From contig MU008204.1 in the NCBI GenBank assembly GCA_010909165.1, positions 327,810 through 391,809 of the forward strand: 64,000 bases of DNA, in the 5' to 3' direction. The translations under genes and the position numbers were made by a program. The notes under the pieces were generated by a model. The model did no database searches, was not told the origin of the DNA, and was given only the letters and a program-made list of their open reading frames with translations. This document shows positions 1 through 12,381 of this stretch, piece by piece. The stretch is from Anthoceros angustus (Eukaryota; Plantae; Anthocerotophyta). Numbering within the stretch: the first letter of the stretch is position 1; each line of letters starts with the position of its first letter.

Positions 1-1110
1 AAGCAGTGTTCCCCTCAGGCAAAATCCACACAATGTGCATGAAATGGCATAAGAGAGCGGAGCTTTTCAAGGATAACCCAGCCAAGCAGATCCTTACATT
101 TCACAGAAGCTGTCAACACTGTGGGCAAGCCATGTGACAAGCGCTATGGATGGCCTTTGCCCATTTGTACGAAGCCCACAACGATCTTGAGAATGTAAGG
201 GTGATTCTCGATAAGGCCGTGCAAGACAGTTGATGATCTGGCTACCGTGTGGTGTGACTGGGCAGGGCAGGGCAGGGCAGGGCAGGGCAGGGCAGGGCAG
301 GGCAGGGCAGGGCAGGGCAGGGCAGGGCAGGGCAGGGCAGGGCAGGGCAGGGCAGGCAGGGCAGGGCAGGCAGGGCAGGGCAGGGCAGGGCAGGGCAGGG
401 CAGGGCAGGGCAGGGCAGGGCAGGGCAGGGCAGGGCAGGGCAGGGCAGGGCAGGGCAGGGCAGGCAGGGCAGGGCAGGGCAGGGCAGGGCAGGGCAGGGC
501 AGGGCAGGGCAGGGCAGGGCAGAGGCAGGGCAGGAGCAGGGCAGGGCAGGGCAGGGCAGGGCAGGGCAGGGCAGGGCAGGGCAGGGCAGGGCAGGCAGGG
601 CAGGGCAGGGCAGGCAGGGCAGGGCAGGGCAGGGCAGGGCAGGGCAGGGCAGGGCAGGGCAGGGCAGGGCAGGGCAGGGCAGGGCAGGGCAGGCAGGGCA
701 GGGCAGGGCAGGGCAGGCAGGGCAGGGCAGGGCAGGGCAGGGCAGGGCAGGGCAGGGCAGGGCAGGGCAGGGCAGGCAGGGCAGGGCAGGGCAGGGCAGG
801 GCAGGGCAGGGCAGGGCAGGGCAGGGCAGGGCAGGGCAGGGCAGGGCAGGCAGGGCAGGGCAGAAATTTCAAAGGTGCTCTGAACTAATGAGACGTGCAG
901 CTGCTGAGCCTAATGCTGCAGTGAGGAGGAAAGGTAAGCACTTTGTGGGCGGCTAGTCATGCACATGCACGTGAACAAGAAGTTGGACATATCTGATGAG
1001 GAGTGTATATCTTGTTCTGTAATCTTGTGCTCGTGGACTGCTTACAGTTGCTGCAGATGGCGAAGAGCCAGTTGAGATGAAGCCCTGTGGACAGCTTCTA
1101 CGTTGGCAGG
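1..1110 (+). pseudogene. SYF1: Pre-mRNA splicing factor SYF1/XAB2 gene fragment (frameshifted, interrupted by microsatellite)
   Basis: Manual translation across frames gives LRQNPHNVHE, KQILTF, LWMAFAHLYEAHNDLENVRVILDKAVQ and VDDLATVWCDWA. After the repeat it reads RNFKGAL-ELMRRAAAEP..VRRK, then a GT-AG intron (934-1047), then VAADGEEPVEMK..SFYV. These match the SYF1 HAT-repeat region as I recall it; deletions and frameshifts are present. Confidence 0.85.
260..863. repeat. (GGGCA)n pentanucleotide microsatellite with occasional GGCA units
   Basis: Directly visible, about 600 bp. Confidence 0.99.
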
Positions 1111-2092
1111 AAATCAGAAATTCTGTTAACGTTGCCGAACCCTAGGCAAACAGCCTGGTCATTCTGTTGACTACAGGTGATGAAATCTAATCTTTGGATG
1201 TTGGTCCTCCTCATGTAGAGCTCCAAAGAGCGACACCTAGGCTAGGCTAGCCTCACGCATATCACTGCCGAGTTTCCGCACAACACCAATAGTGATGTTG
1301 TGGCTCATCCCTCTGTCCCTTGCATGATCTCAAACAGACGACAAGCTTTTCCATGGACTCTTGCCATTGTTGCTCAGGTCATTATGCATGAATCAAAGTT
1401 TGAAGCTGATGATACGGGGTTCAGTTCCGTTCCTCCCACCGTGACGGTTCAACGCTCACTCAAATTAACACTCTTCGCACACAGCTTTCAAAAGAGAGTT
1501 AGTTATACACTACAAGATTGACCTCTGCTTGCTTCTTCCGGTCGCTGGCCGAACAAGCTGTAGGCTCCATTAAGATGTCCAATCTTTCCCGAGACAAATC
1601 TATTCAAGTGCAGAGAGCTTATAAGTAACAGCAGACGGCGTTGCCTGCCTGAGCTTCATTTCTTCAAAGAGCAAGATTGAACTTGCTTGCTTTTGCAAGA
1701 CCACGGTCGTCTGAACGTATGCGACTGGAGCATGATTCCACCCTCTGTTCTCCAAAAACAGACAGGAGGAAAGATTCCTGCACCTGCTTCACATCACATC
1801 ACATGACAGCAAACCTTGAGGATAATGTTGTGTGTGATAAAACGGGAGGCAAGCCAAATTCCCTCCCCAATGTTGCTAAGCGAGCAGACCCAAAACACCT
1901 TGTAATGGATCTGCCTTTTCCAGCGCATGAATATTGCAATGTGTGGTGTGCACTTGCATTCAGTCTGACTCCTTTTGATGGTGATCATGAGTTGTGAATC
2001 ACTTGATGCCCTCGAAGTGGCGCAGAATGGAAGTGTCGACCCGAGCACGCGCTGGAAGGAGGAAAGCCGGCCTCCCCCGCCGTTTGCTGATG

Positions 2093-4845
2093 TGTGTGAT
2101 CTCCTCCGCATCCACATTGAGGGCCGCAGGCGCAGGTGCAGGTGCAGGTGCAGGTGCAGGCGCGGAACGAATGGCCTGGAATTTTGACAGGGACGATCTT
2201 GTTCATTGGTTATTAATACTGTAGTTTATTGGTTATTGTGTTGTTATTGAGGTCGTGGCATGAAACAATAAACCATATTGATTGCACAGGTGTGCAAGTG
2301 TTAATAAAGCGTTTTGTGCCCAGGCTGTAGTACGGCATGGGTGAGGGTCTGTAGGATACCTCACCGTTAGGTCGTGCAGCCTCGAACTACCTACGGTAGA
2401 CAGGCCTTCATATCCGTCGTCGGCTGGTCAGAGTGGGAAGCCGTGGGAAACCGTGTAGCCCGGCCGGCCGGCTGGGTGCACGTGTCAGACGAATGAGCTC
2501 CTGGCTATCTATGCCAGGAGTCGACAGCCAGCCGACACTCTGACGGATCCCCCCTTTTTCCCATTTGTTTTTTTTTTTTGAATCGCCAGACCTGGTTCTG
2601 GGGCCCACCAAGCCCCTCAAACACTTGGCGGGCATGGGCATCTTCCATGCCCCAACTCCTACATCTTCACAAGGCACTCAGCCTCAAGCCTCAAGCCTCA
2701 AGCCTCAATTTCCCCTATCTTCAAGTCTTCATAAGCTTCACAGTTGTGAATGACCATCCAGAACCGCTGCACTACCATCTCTCTCTCGTTTCTCAAGTCC
2801 ACACCGGTGACACATGAATTTGGCAGGCATTGCACATGCCAACGTTTTTCGTGACTAACAAAGGTGTGCCATCAGCCCATTAGCCCACCACATGCCAAGC
2901 CCACTTTCTCCGAATCTTCTCTCTTCCTCACACACTTCCTTCCTTCCTTCCTTCCTTCCTTCAATACCAACTGAGTTTGTGGAACATGTCCTCCTCCATG
3001 CTCATCTTCAAACTCATGCTCACGCTCCTATCAGCTTTCACCACATGTCACACCCATCTTCCCTCCCAGTGAGTGAACTTTGATGCAACATTGTCCTGCC
3101 TTCGCCATCGTCATACCGCTAACCTGCTGACTTTCTCAACCTTTCTATCCCACCGCCACAGTATACCAACTGGCATTGCGATTGCGAGCTTCCAACTTCA
3201 CGACTTGCTCCAAGCATCGCTGCCCGCGCTATATGCATTAGGGGACGGACGCGCGTCTTGGCGCACGGCCTAGAACGGTCTCGGCATAACAAAATTAAAG
3301 AGTTGTTGCTTGGAGTACCCAGCTTATACTTCTTTTTCTCTCACTGCGATGAAAGCACTATTACATTTCTATAGTGCTTGGTTTTACCATTCGTTAATAG
3401 TTATTTCACAGTTCACTGATAACTTGTGACAGTTTTGCTGAAAACTATACGCTTATAGTCTTCCACCGGCGTTGGATTGTAAATGTGTGATCTCTCCGCA
3501 TCCACATTGAGGGCCGCAGGCGCAGGTGCAGGTGCAGGTGCAGGCGCGGAACGAATGGCCTGGAATTTTGACAGGGACGATCTTGTTCATTGGTTATTAA
3601 TACTGTAGTTTATTGGTTATTGTGTTGTTATTGAGGTCGTGGCATGAAACAATAAACCATATTGATTGCACAGGGGTGTGCAAGTGTTAATAAAGCGTTT
3701 TGTGCCCAGGCTGTAGTACGGCATGGGTGAGGGTCTGTAGGATACCTCACCGTTAGGTCGTGCAGCCTCGAACTACCTACGGTAGACAGGCCTTCATATC
3801 CGTCGTCGGCTGGTCAGAGTGCCGTGGAAACCGTGTAGCCCGGCCGGCCGGCTGGGTGCACGTGTCAGACGAATGAGCTCCTGGCTATCTATGCCAGGAG
3901 TCGACAGCCAGCCGACACTCTGACGGATCCCCTTTTCCCATTTGTTTTTTTTTTTGAATCGCCAGACCTGGTTCTGGGGCCCACCAAGCCCCTCAAACAC
4001 TTGAGGGCATGGGCATCTTCCATGCCCCAACTCCTACATCTTCACAAGGCACTCAGCCTCAAGCCTCAAGCCTCAAGCCTCAATTTCCCCTATCTTCAAG
4101 TCTTCATAAGCTTCACAGTTGTGAATGACCATCCAGAACCGCTGCACTACCATCTCTCTCTCGTTTCTCAAGTCCACACCGGTGACACATGAATTTGGCA
4201 GGCATTGCACATGCCAACGTTTTTCGTGACTAACAAAGGTGTGCCATCAGCCCATTAGCCCACCACATGCTGCCCACTTTCTCCGAATCTCTCTCTTCCT
4301 CACACACTTCCTTCCTTCCTTCCTTCCTTCCTTCAATACCAACTGAGTTTGTGGAACATGTCCTCCTCCATGCTCATCTTCAAACTCATGCTCACGCTCC
4401 TATCAGCCTTTCACCACATGTCACACCCATCTTCCCTCCTGAGTGAACTTTGATGCAACATTGTCCTGCCTTCGCCATCGCCATACCGCTAACCTGCTGA
4501 CTTTCTCAACCTTTCTATCCCACCAACCGCACATACCAACCGGCATTGCGATTGCGAGCTTCCAACTTCACGACTTGCTCCAAGCATCGCTGCCCGCTAT
4601 ATGCATTAGGGGACGGACGCGTCTTGGCGCACGGCCTAGAACGGTCTCGGCATAACAAAATTAAAGAGTTGTTGCTTGGAGTTTTATACTTCTTTTCTCT
4701 CAACTGCGATGAAAGCACTATTACATTTCTATAGTGCTTGGTTTTACCATTCGTTAATAGTTATTTCCACCAATCGATAACTTGTGAGCTGAAAACTATA
4801 CGCTTATAGTCTTCCACCGGCGTTGACGGATTGTAAACAGGTGAT
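2093..4845. repeat. Tandem duplication, ~1.39-kb unit (2093-3483 / 3484-~4845)
   Basis: Both copies start tgtgtgatctc(c)tccgcatccacattgaggg and are near-identical apart from small indels. Confidence 0.95.
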
Positions 4846-5074
4846 TTCAGAGTGTCATTTGGTGCAACTGCTTCTTCAACAGACCGATGCAGGAAGTCGA
4901 GTGGAGCCGTGTCTCGGCCCCTGACTCGGCCGCCCCCTTACGCTAGGGAACGGACGCTTTTCTTTGATATGTATATGGCTCAGAAAGAAAAATTATCATT
5001 TCCATAATTTCATTCATACGAAAATATTTCTGCAACGAAAAATACATTATTTTAAATTCTTTTTAATTTCATGC

Positions 5075-6430
5075 ACTAACCTCAAAGAGTGCGAATAACT
5101 CCTTTTGGCTCTCCAAAAACTACAAACGAAGGTGCAAAGGAGTTAGTCACTAACCTCCATTTCAAGCCGCAGTTGATCCTGCTTTGTGTATACCTTTTTG
5201 ACCAATGTTAAACAAGTGTTGTGGAGATTTCCAGCCCTGGCGCCAAGACACATTACGGAAGTGTGCTCGTAAGTTCGGGAAAGACAAAACGTTTACGCCG
5301 CCTTACATCTTGTTTAAACAAAAATTTACAATGATTTACCTTTTTAATATTCTTTGTTGTTTCCGGGTCCTCCATTAGAGCCAACAAATCTTTTGAGCTC
5401 TTTACTTTCAAGTGCAATGGCAATCTCTGTAACGTCACATATACAGTTAGAAATTACGGATATTGTGGATATATTGCATCAATTATTGTAGAATGAATCG
5501 AAAGAGAGGACAACTTACTCATTTGAATTTCACTATGTTGCTGGAGTGTTGGATTGGAACCGTCTTCATTAAGGATTGGCTATGTTGGATCTTCAATATT
5601 TTGTTCCTAAAGCGGAATATATTTCTTCTTGAAAACTTGGAATATTTCGGGATATTTATAGTGCTCCATCCATTTGCCAAATTCAGAAAATTCTGGGTTG
5701 GGACCGTACGTTGGTGCCAGAGCATCAAGCTCATCCAAATGGCCTAGGCCAAATGGACACACATTTATAAGAACGCCGTGATTAAGCATCCTGAGCTTGG
5801 ATCGGTACTTAGATGGGGTGCCTAAAGGGAATGGATGCCCTTGGTGCAAGTAGCTTAGGCAACCATGGTACAAGTTGTTAAGTACCAAGTCCCATGACGG
5901 AAATCCGTCCTTAGTGGACTTAAATAAAAATTCTTCTTCTTCTTCTTCATCAATTATTTGCTTGCCTTTTTTACCCTATAAAAGTGAGAAGGAAGTCAAG
6001 TAAATCTGGGGTTTAGGGTTAATACTATTTTAGATAAACATTAGAGAACTGAAGAACCATAGCCTTACCTCATAGTATCCACTATTATCGATTTTATTAT
6101 CTATAATATCTATCTTATTATTGATTTCTTTGGCAGCAGCGGCTTATTCTCCTGCAAGCTGTTACACGCATTTGTTTTAGTTGTTTGGACTTTATTAAAA
6201 ATGCAAACGAAATAGGTTTAAAAATACCTCCAATAGCAATTCAACAGAAAGTTGATGCCCGTTGAATCATTAATGCGTCGAGTCTCCAACTCTAACTGAG
6301 CTATTGTGCGGAGATTCTTTTTTATATCCTGAAACCGATCAAAGATTAAGTCAATATCTAAACAAAATATCAATATATCAGTCATGATATTTGATTTTAC
6401 CTTCTTAATTTTGTTCAGTTCATCAGGCAT
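5075..6430 (-). pseudogene. Multi-exon gene of unknown function (AT-rich, contains stops)
   Basis: Minus-strand splice signals (GAG|gtaagg near 6068, ttttatag|GGT near 5977) join KEINNKIDIIDNKIDNSGYYE to GKKGKQIIDEEEEEEFLFKSTKDGFPSWDLVLNNLYHG..KKKYIPL. No family recognised. Confidence 0.45.
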
Positions 6431-6472
6431 CGCGCGAAGAAGCTATAGGTCTTGTTTGTTCATGGATAAGAA

Positions 6473-6530
6473 CATAGTATGTGCGAGTAACATAGTATGT
6501 GCGAGTAACATAGTATGTGCAAGAACATGT
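6473..6530. repeat. 18-bp tandem repeat (aacatagtatgtgcgagt) x3
   Basis: Directly visible. Confidence 0.9.
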
Positions 6531-6720
6531 TCTTCTATATGATAGCCGTTATATGGACTTCCCAAGGAACTGAGGTTGAGATGGATGGGACCTTATGAGG
6601 TGGTGGCAGTGTATGAGAATGGATCCGTGCAACTACGAGTGCTGGATGGGGATTTGCTGCCAACTAGAGTGAATGGGTGGAAGGTTAAGAAGCACCTTCA
6701 CTTGAGGTTGTTTGCGAGGA
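6530..6720 (+). mobile_element. Ty3/Gypsy integrase C-terminal remnant (GPY/F motif)
   Basis: LYDSRY..LRLRWMGPYEVVAVYENGSVQL..LDG..LPTRVNGWKVK. Confidence 0.8.
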
Positions 6721-7799
6721 CGCAAACAGGTGAGGAGGGGAGTATGTGGAATGCAAAAGTTTGGGCAACCAGCTTAAATGAGTTCGTTTTGAAACAAGCC
6801 CACACTCTTTTGCTAGAAATGGTTTAACAAGGTCTCCTTAGGACTGGTGACGGCTCCTGGTCACTAGTTGGAAGGGTGGGCACAGGGTCTAAAGGTTCAC
6901 AAAAGCCACCCAAAACCATGTTTTCCTGATTTCATTAAAAAACTCCCGGCTAGGAGCAAATCATAGAGGATCTTTTCCGTGTTGTATGTCCGCATCTCAT
7001 CTTAGTTTGGCTAACCAGCGGGGTACATTGCCTATAAACGCAGTATTTGAAAATCAGGGCAAGTTTGTATGGACAACAAAAAAGCAAACGCGCAATGGAA
7101 AGTCCACATGTGTTGCGTCGGTGTCCACCGTCATGGTCACCGCTCTGCATTAGTGGGGAGGGTCGTGGTGGCACCGGACGTTCTGTGCATAAACCTTGCA
7201 TCTCTTGCCCAATGTCGGCGCGGGAGTGGAGGAAGATTTCGGACTGCCTACCGCTCATGTCTGTACACCCGCGAGCCGCGACCCCCGTCTGCGAATCGTT
7301 TGGAAGTGGCTTGCCACTGCCTCGGAATATTTGCAAGCGATGGAGACCCCACCTCTCGACAGCCGAGTACTGAAACGAGAATTCCACATGGGCGATGGAA
7401 ATTGGAAGTTGACCGCAGCTGGTGGCAATCACAACATGGGCAGGTTCCTTTCAAGCACGCCTGGAGTGATCCCGGCCTGCTTCATTGCTTGGTCCTTAAG
7501 GAATTTCTGGTTGAGGCGGGGGCGCGGTGCAAACTCGCGACAACTGCATGTTGATCAACACCGGATTCCACTCGGGGTTGGGTGTGAATGGTGTGGAGGG
7601 CAAAGGAGCACCGACATGTCCAGTGTACTTGGTGGTCAAGGATAAAATTGGAGAAAGTCATATTGCTACATGTGTGTCGAGGCGGTGTTAGTGCGGCTAT
7701 CTGTGAAAGCGATTGATCATCATTGTATTCAACATTCTTGTATCATGAGTGTTTTGAAATGATTGCTTTGTATCATCATTGTCTCTGAAATCCTTACCT

Positions 7800-10700
7800 T
7801 CTTTGTTGTGTATGTGACGCCCATGTTCTCATCATCAATACGGCGTCAATCTTCTCGAACACATTCTCGAATCGTCACCACTCCCATGCTTCCTAGCTTC
7901 CTGCTCCACCAGACCGTGTTCGTTGTCTAGGTGCCTCCGGGGACCTTGCCGCGATGTGTTTGTTGTGTTCATAGCTTTGCTTGCATGCACGTTCTACCAA
8001 AGTGCGATACCACCGTCCGTGCTTAAGACCACACCGGTTCCTCCTACCGATCCTCGAAACAAACACGTAGCCTATCCCGTCGACACACCTCGATCCTGGA
8101 GCAAAGTTTTCCAATCCTACATCCCCACCATCATCGGCGCACACCCGAGGAGGGTGCTCTTCGCCTCCTTCACTTCTTGCTCGCATCCCCAAGGACCATT
8201 GAGTTGTCGCTGCGGCTTCACCACATGCCATATGACCCTTGGTCTCGGCTTCCTCGTTGGTCTCGCTTCAACGACACATATGAACCCGGGCACCGCCATG
8301 TTGTTCACCATGGGCTCCTTATTGAACGTCTTTCCGCCTCCATAGCGGGCTCCTCGCCCACCTCCTCCTCTTCCGTCGGCCACCGTCCATGGAATTGATT
8401 CGAAGGTCCATGAATTGAGCGCACAGGATCCACATCAGAAATGACATTACGGCATAAGCGAGCATTTGCTATCATACCCGATCCTGCGCACCGTCCAAAG
8501 CAATCTCCCTCTCAGATATGAATCAACCTCTTCAAGAGTCTTAGGGGCTTCGATAGGGGAAACAACCCGATCATCCGCAGTGTTGTAACACAATTTTAGT
8601 TCCGCTCGTTCGGCAAACAGTTGTCACTCCACCGCCAAGTTGCGTCGGTTCTCGAGCACAAAAGCGGTTGAGGCACACAATCCTTATCCAAGCTCCTGCG
8701 CAAGTGAAAAGTCCACCATCGCATCAGCACACCCGGAGGAGGGGCTCTTCGCCTCCTTCTTGCTCGCATCCCCAAGGACCATTGAGTTGTCGCTGTGCTT
8801 CACCACATGCCATATGACCCTTGGTCTCGGGCTTCCTCGTTGGTCTCGCTTCAACGACATATGAACCCGGGCACCACCATGTTGTTCACCATGGGCTCCT
8901 TATTGAACGTCTTTCCGCCTCCATAGCTGCTCCTCGCCCACCTCCTCCTCTTCCGTCGGCCAGCTGTCCATGGAATTGATTCGAAGATCCATGAATTGAG
9001 CGCACCTAGGATCCACATCAACAGAAATGACATTACGGCATAAGCGAGCATTTGCTATCATACCCGATCCTGCGCACCGTCCAAAGCAATCTCCCTCTCA
9101 GATATGAATCAACCTCTTCAAGAGTCTTAGGGGCTTCGATAGGGGAAACAACCCGATCATCCGCAGTGTTGTAACACAATTTTAGTTCCGCTCGTTCGGC
9201 AAACAGTTGTCACTCCACCGCCAAGTTGCGTCGGTTCTCGAGCACAAAGCGGTTGAGGCACACAATCCTTATCCAAGCTCCTGCGCAAGTGAAAAGTCCA
9301 CCATCGTGGCTGTCCTCGACAATCTGTCACATTGGTTTTATGCCGGTAACATGTCGTCACAAGCACCTGCGCTTCCATCAAGACTTCTCTCACCATAGAT
9401 GTGTCATCCGAGAATGGAAGACCACAATACGAAATACCTAGGATGTGGTGATGCCTTTGAACTGCATGATGACCCCTTCAAACTCTGCCTTGGTAAATCT
9501 TGTGTCATACTCTCGTGATTGGGGATCTAGATCCAAGCCTCTGGGGAGGTCTAACAACAACAAAGCATACGGTCGGGGCTCTACAAACCGGGCCATGTTC
9601 ACTATGTTCCCACACAGTATCCCGACCTTGCTGGGTTTTTCTGGCTTGGAGTCGTTCACGATTGTCATCAGCTTATCCTCAGATGTGGTCGATTTCAAGG
9701 CACGTTGACTCCTCCGCTTCCAAGCTCGGCCTTGAATATGTGCTCCTTGAAGTTCTCGGTAGGGCACCCCACTCAAGGCAAGTGTTGGCCGTGACATGAA
9801 AGACACATCCCCACCGGTCAAATGCAAGCGGGCGTTCTCTAATGAATGTACGGTGTGAATGCCTCCACTTTCCATGACTTATAAGGACAAGAAGCACAAG
9901 AGAGAAACTCGATTTGGGTATAGCTAAGTGTTCATCGAGGACCAGTTTTTGAAGGCGGTGGAAGTTACTAATTTGATTCACCATGCGATGTCGGGATATC
10001 GTTCTGAACCTCTTCAATGTCTCACAGTGCAAATGCTTGGCGATGTCACATGGATGAGGTTGAGTTTTTGGCCTTGTCCACCCACGAACATTTGTTTCAA
10101 TGTCAATTCTCGGCCAGACTTTCATGCATGTTGTCTTCAAGTTGTTGTTCCCAGCTGCAGACTGTTCGATGCCCTGGAAACACTTCCATACCCTCACTGG
10201 TATACTAAGCTCCTTTGTGTCAATGACCAAGTTTGCTCTAACTGGTTGTCTTCCTTGAATTCTGCCTTGATTTGTTTGTGAGAGCCCGAGCTTCCACACC
10301 TCGAGCAACTTGCGTCTCCCACTTCTCAAAGATTTCATCCACGTACTTCCACACCTCATCATCAACCTTCGCAACACAATAATCCGGTCCTAGGTTATCC
10401 ACGAGGCGGTGATAGTGACCTTAGGTCCATGCTTGCTGCATCCCACTTAGGAACCACCCGCCGGCATATATCTCCAACTTCCAGTCTAAGTCACACTTGA
10501 CCCATCACTAGCGGCCTTCATCTCGATTCGATGTACCTCACACGGTCGATGAAAGTAAAAGTCTTCCTGGCATCCGCAATGGTGTTGTGATCAGTGGCAA
10601 CTAACCTCATCTCCTCATTTGTGAGGCCAGCAAGAACATATGCATCCATCCACGCATCTTGAACCAATGGATACAAGTCGGCTAGTCTAGATCGCTGGAA

Positions 10701-11410
10701 GGAATGATTCCTCCCAATACATAAAATTTGTACACCCCGATCCACCTTATCCATGTCAAAGAAGTTCTTGTTGGGACCGGGCCGGGTCTACAATGACAAT
10801 CATGGGCACACGACCACCCACGTGGAATGCTTCATCTTTTGCATCAAAGCCTCCACCCAAGCCAGTCTAGCTTACGTACCTTGCCAAACCGACATAGTTC
10901 TTCCGGAGGTCTACAGCTGATGGACAGCTTTAACGTGGACTCCCATACTCTCTTTCCGCAATTGCCTCCTCGCAACATCTCTCCCTCTCGTCATCGCTAG
11001 CCGTCATCATCCGTGGCTGACGCCCTTGGCCTTCTCTATGAACTTTGGGAGCTCTTCCGCCCCTCTCGGACATCATGTGCCATTCGTTGCCGCGCACTTG
11101 TTGACCTCCACCCCGTCCTCCACGCCGATTGCCAAGACTCTCAATCCCTTCCTCTTTTCCTCGATTGTCTACCGCGGGTGACGGCTTGAACCCTTCGAGT
11201 GCCATGGACAGACCCAAATCCCCGGTCCGTTGCATCCACCTCTGCCCCATCGTCATCTTCCACGTCTTCGTCGTCGGGGCTGGATATGATCCACCGGCCT
11301 CGGGCCATCGGCGAATGCCATCGCCAAACCCCTCATTGTCCGGTCCCCACCCGCATCCTCATCTTCGTCTTCGTCGGCTAGAGAGGTTAGGGTGACATCA
11401 TCGCAGCCAT
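7800..11410 (-). pseudogene. ParB-like domain fused to beta-class N6-adenine/N4-cytosine DNA methyltransferase (frameshifted in this assembly; 3' part duplicated)
   Basis: An acidic N-terminus starts at an ATG near 11410. The ParB-like block (~10890-10520) reads VRKLD..VEALMQKM..PMIVIVDP..YKFYVLGG(N)HS..AYVLAGLTNEEMRLVATDHN..TFIDRV. MTase motifs III-IV (~9620-9535) read ILCGNIVNM..YALLLLDLPRG. Motifs X-I-II (~9136-9010, duplicated at ~8550-8425) read KPLRLLKRLI..EGD..CAGSGMIA..RNVISVDVD. Motif IV preceding motif I indicates beta order. Confidence 0.75.
8125..9305. repeat. Tandem duplication, ~587-bp unit, ccaccatc microhomology at junctions (8125, 8713, 9298)
   Basis: Near-identical copies with indel differences; duplicates the SAM-binding half of the MTase. 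Confidence 0.92.
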
Positions 11411-11539
11411 GGGCTAGGAAAAACCCGCGGAGTGTGGGCGGACTGCTTGGACTCAAGCACCGGACGTCCGTGGCTCGCAACCCCTCTTACCGGAAGCTTT
11501 CATTTCGCAAACTAGTTCTTTGAAACGTGTCCCTGAATT

Positions 11540-12381
11540 ATATTTTGTGCCACCACCTTTTGTTGCGCTCATGCGCAGATCATGCATATCGGTGGCGGTT
11601 GCCAGCACACTGCAGTGCAGATGGATTTGCTGATCCCATTCGCACTAGGAGTTGCCATTTGATTTCCACTCGCAGATGCCATGCTAGGGGCCTTCTCAGC
11701 AGATGCCCTTTCGATGTAAGCAATGCATCATCCCGCACACCTTCTAAACATTGCTGGTGCAAAGCCTTGTGGAAGACACGATGTCCATCACCGTGTCGCA
11801 ATGCCTCCAAAAGTTCTTGCCTTTTCCGCTCTGGTTGGCACGCCACAATGTCAAAGTTCTTCACCGCAGCACTGTACACTCTAATCCATTGCGGGTCCAG
11901 ACGAAGAGGCTCCTTGTGCTTGAGCCAGATCAGCAATATGACGTACACCTGCTCATCCTTCATGACTGACTGCGTGAAAACAACTGCTCCCGCACATTTC
12001 TTTTGGCTGGTGTGGTTCGCATCCTCCTCCATCGACACATACAAGAAGAGCAAGTCTTGATTGGGTCGTTGTTGCACTGTCCAACTTCTCTTTGTAATGT
12101 CAAATGGCGAGATCATCTTGTACATCCGTGGATCAAGTCAATATCGGACCGCTTGTAAGGACTCTGGAAAGATGCCTTGGTCGGCGGGGATGCTCTTGTG
12201 GAAAGACCCGCATCAGGTGGCGCAGTTTGAGTTGTCCTTGGAGTCCGGGCTGGGTCTGGGCTCGTCGCCTCGTTCAAGGCCTGTGAGTCTGTACCCTTCC
12301 GTCGCGCCTTTTTTTTCTCCACCGGAGCGTCTGCGATTTGTTGGAGTCATTCTTCCGCTTCGGCCCCTTCGGAGGAGCCAT
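11540..12381 (-). CDS. Uncharacterised frameshifted ORF between MTase and transposase (basic N-terminus)
   Basis: Starts MAPPKGPKRKNDSNK..EKKKARRK after an acceptor-like tract and continues into ORFs 12113-12322 and 11580-12125. No domain recognised. Confidence 0.4.

Noticed and set aside
144-888. Long PCPAL / GQGRA repeat ORFs
   Set aside because: Translations of the stop-free (GGGCA)n microsatellite.
2339-2580. Telomerase RNA, SRP RNA, snRNA or hammerhead ribozyme identity for the structured segment
   Set aside because: No telomere template, SRP helix-8 motif, snRNA signature or CUGANGA/GAAA core could be found.
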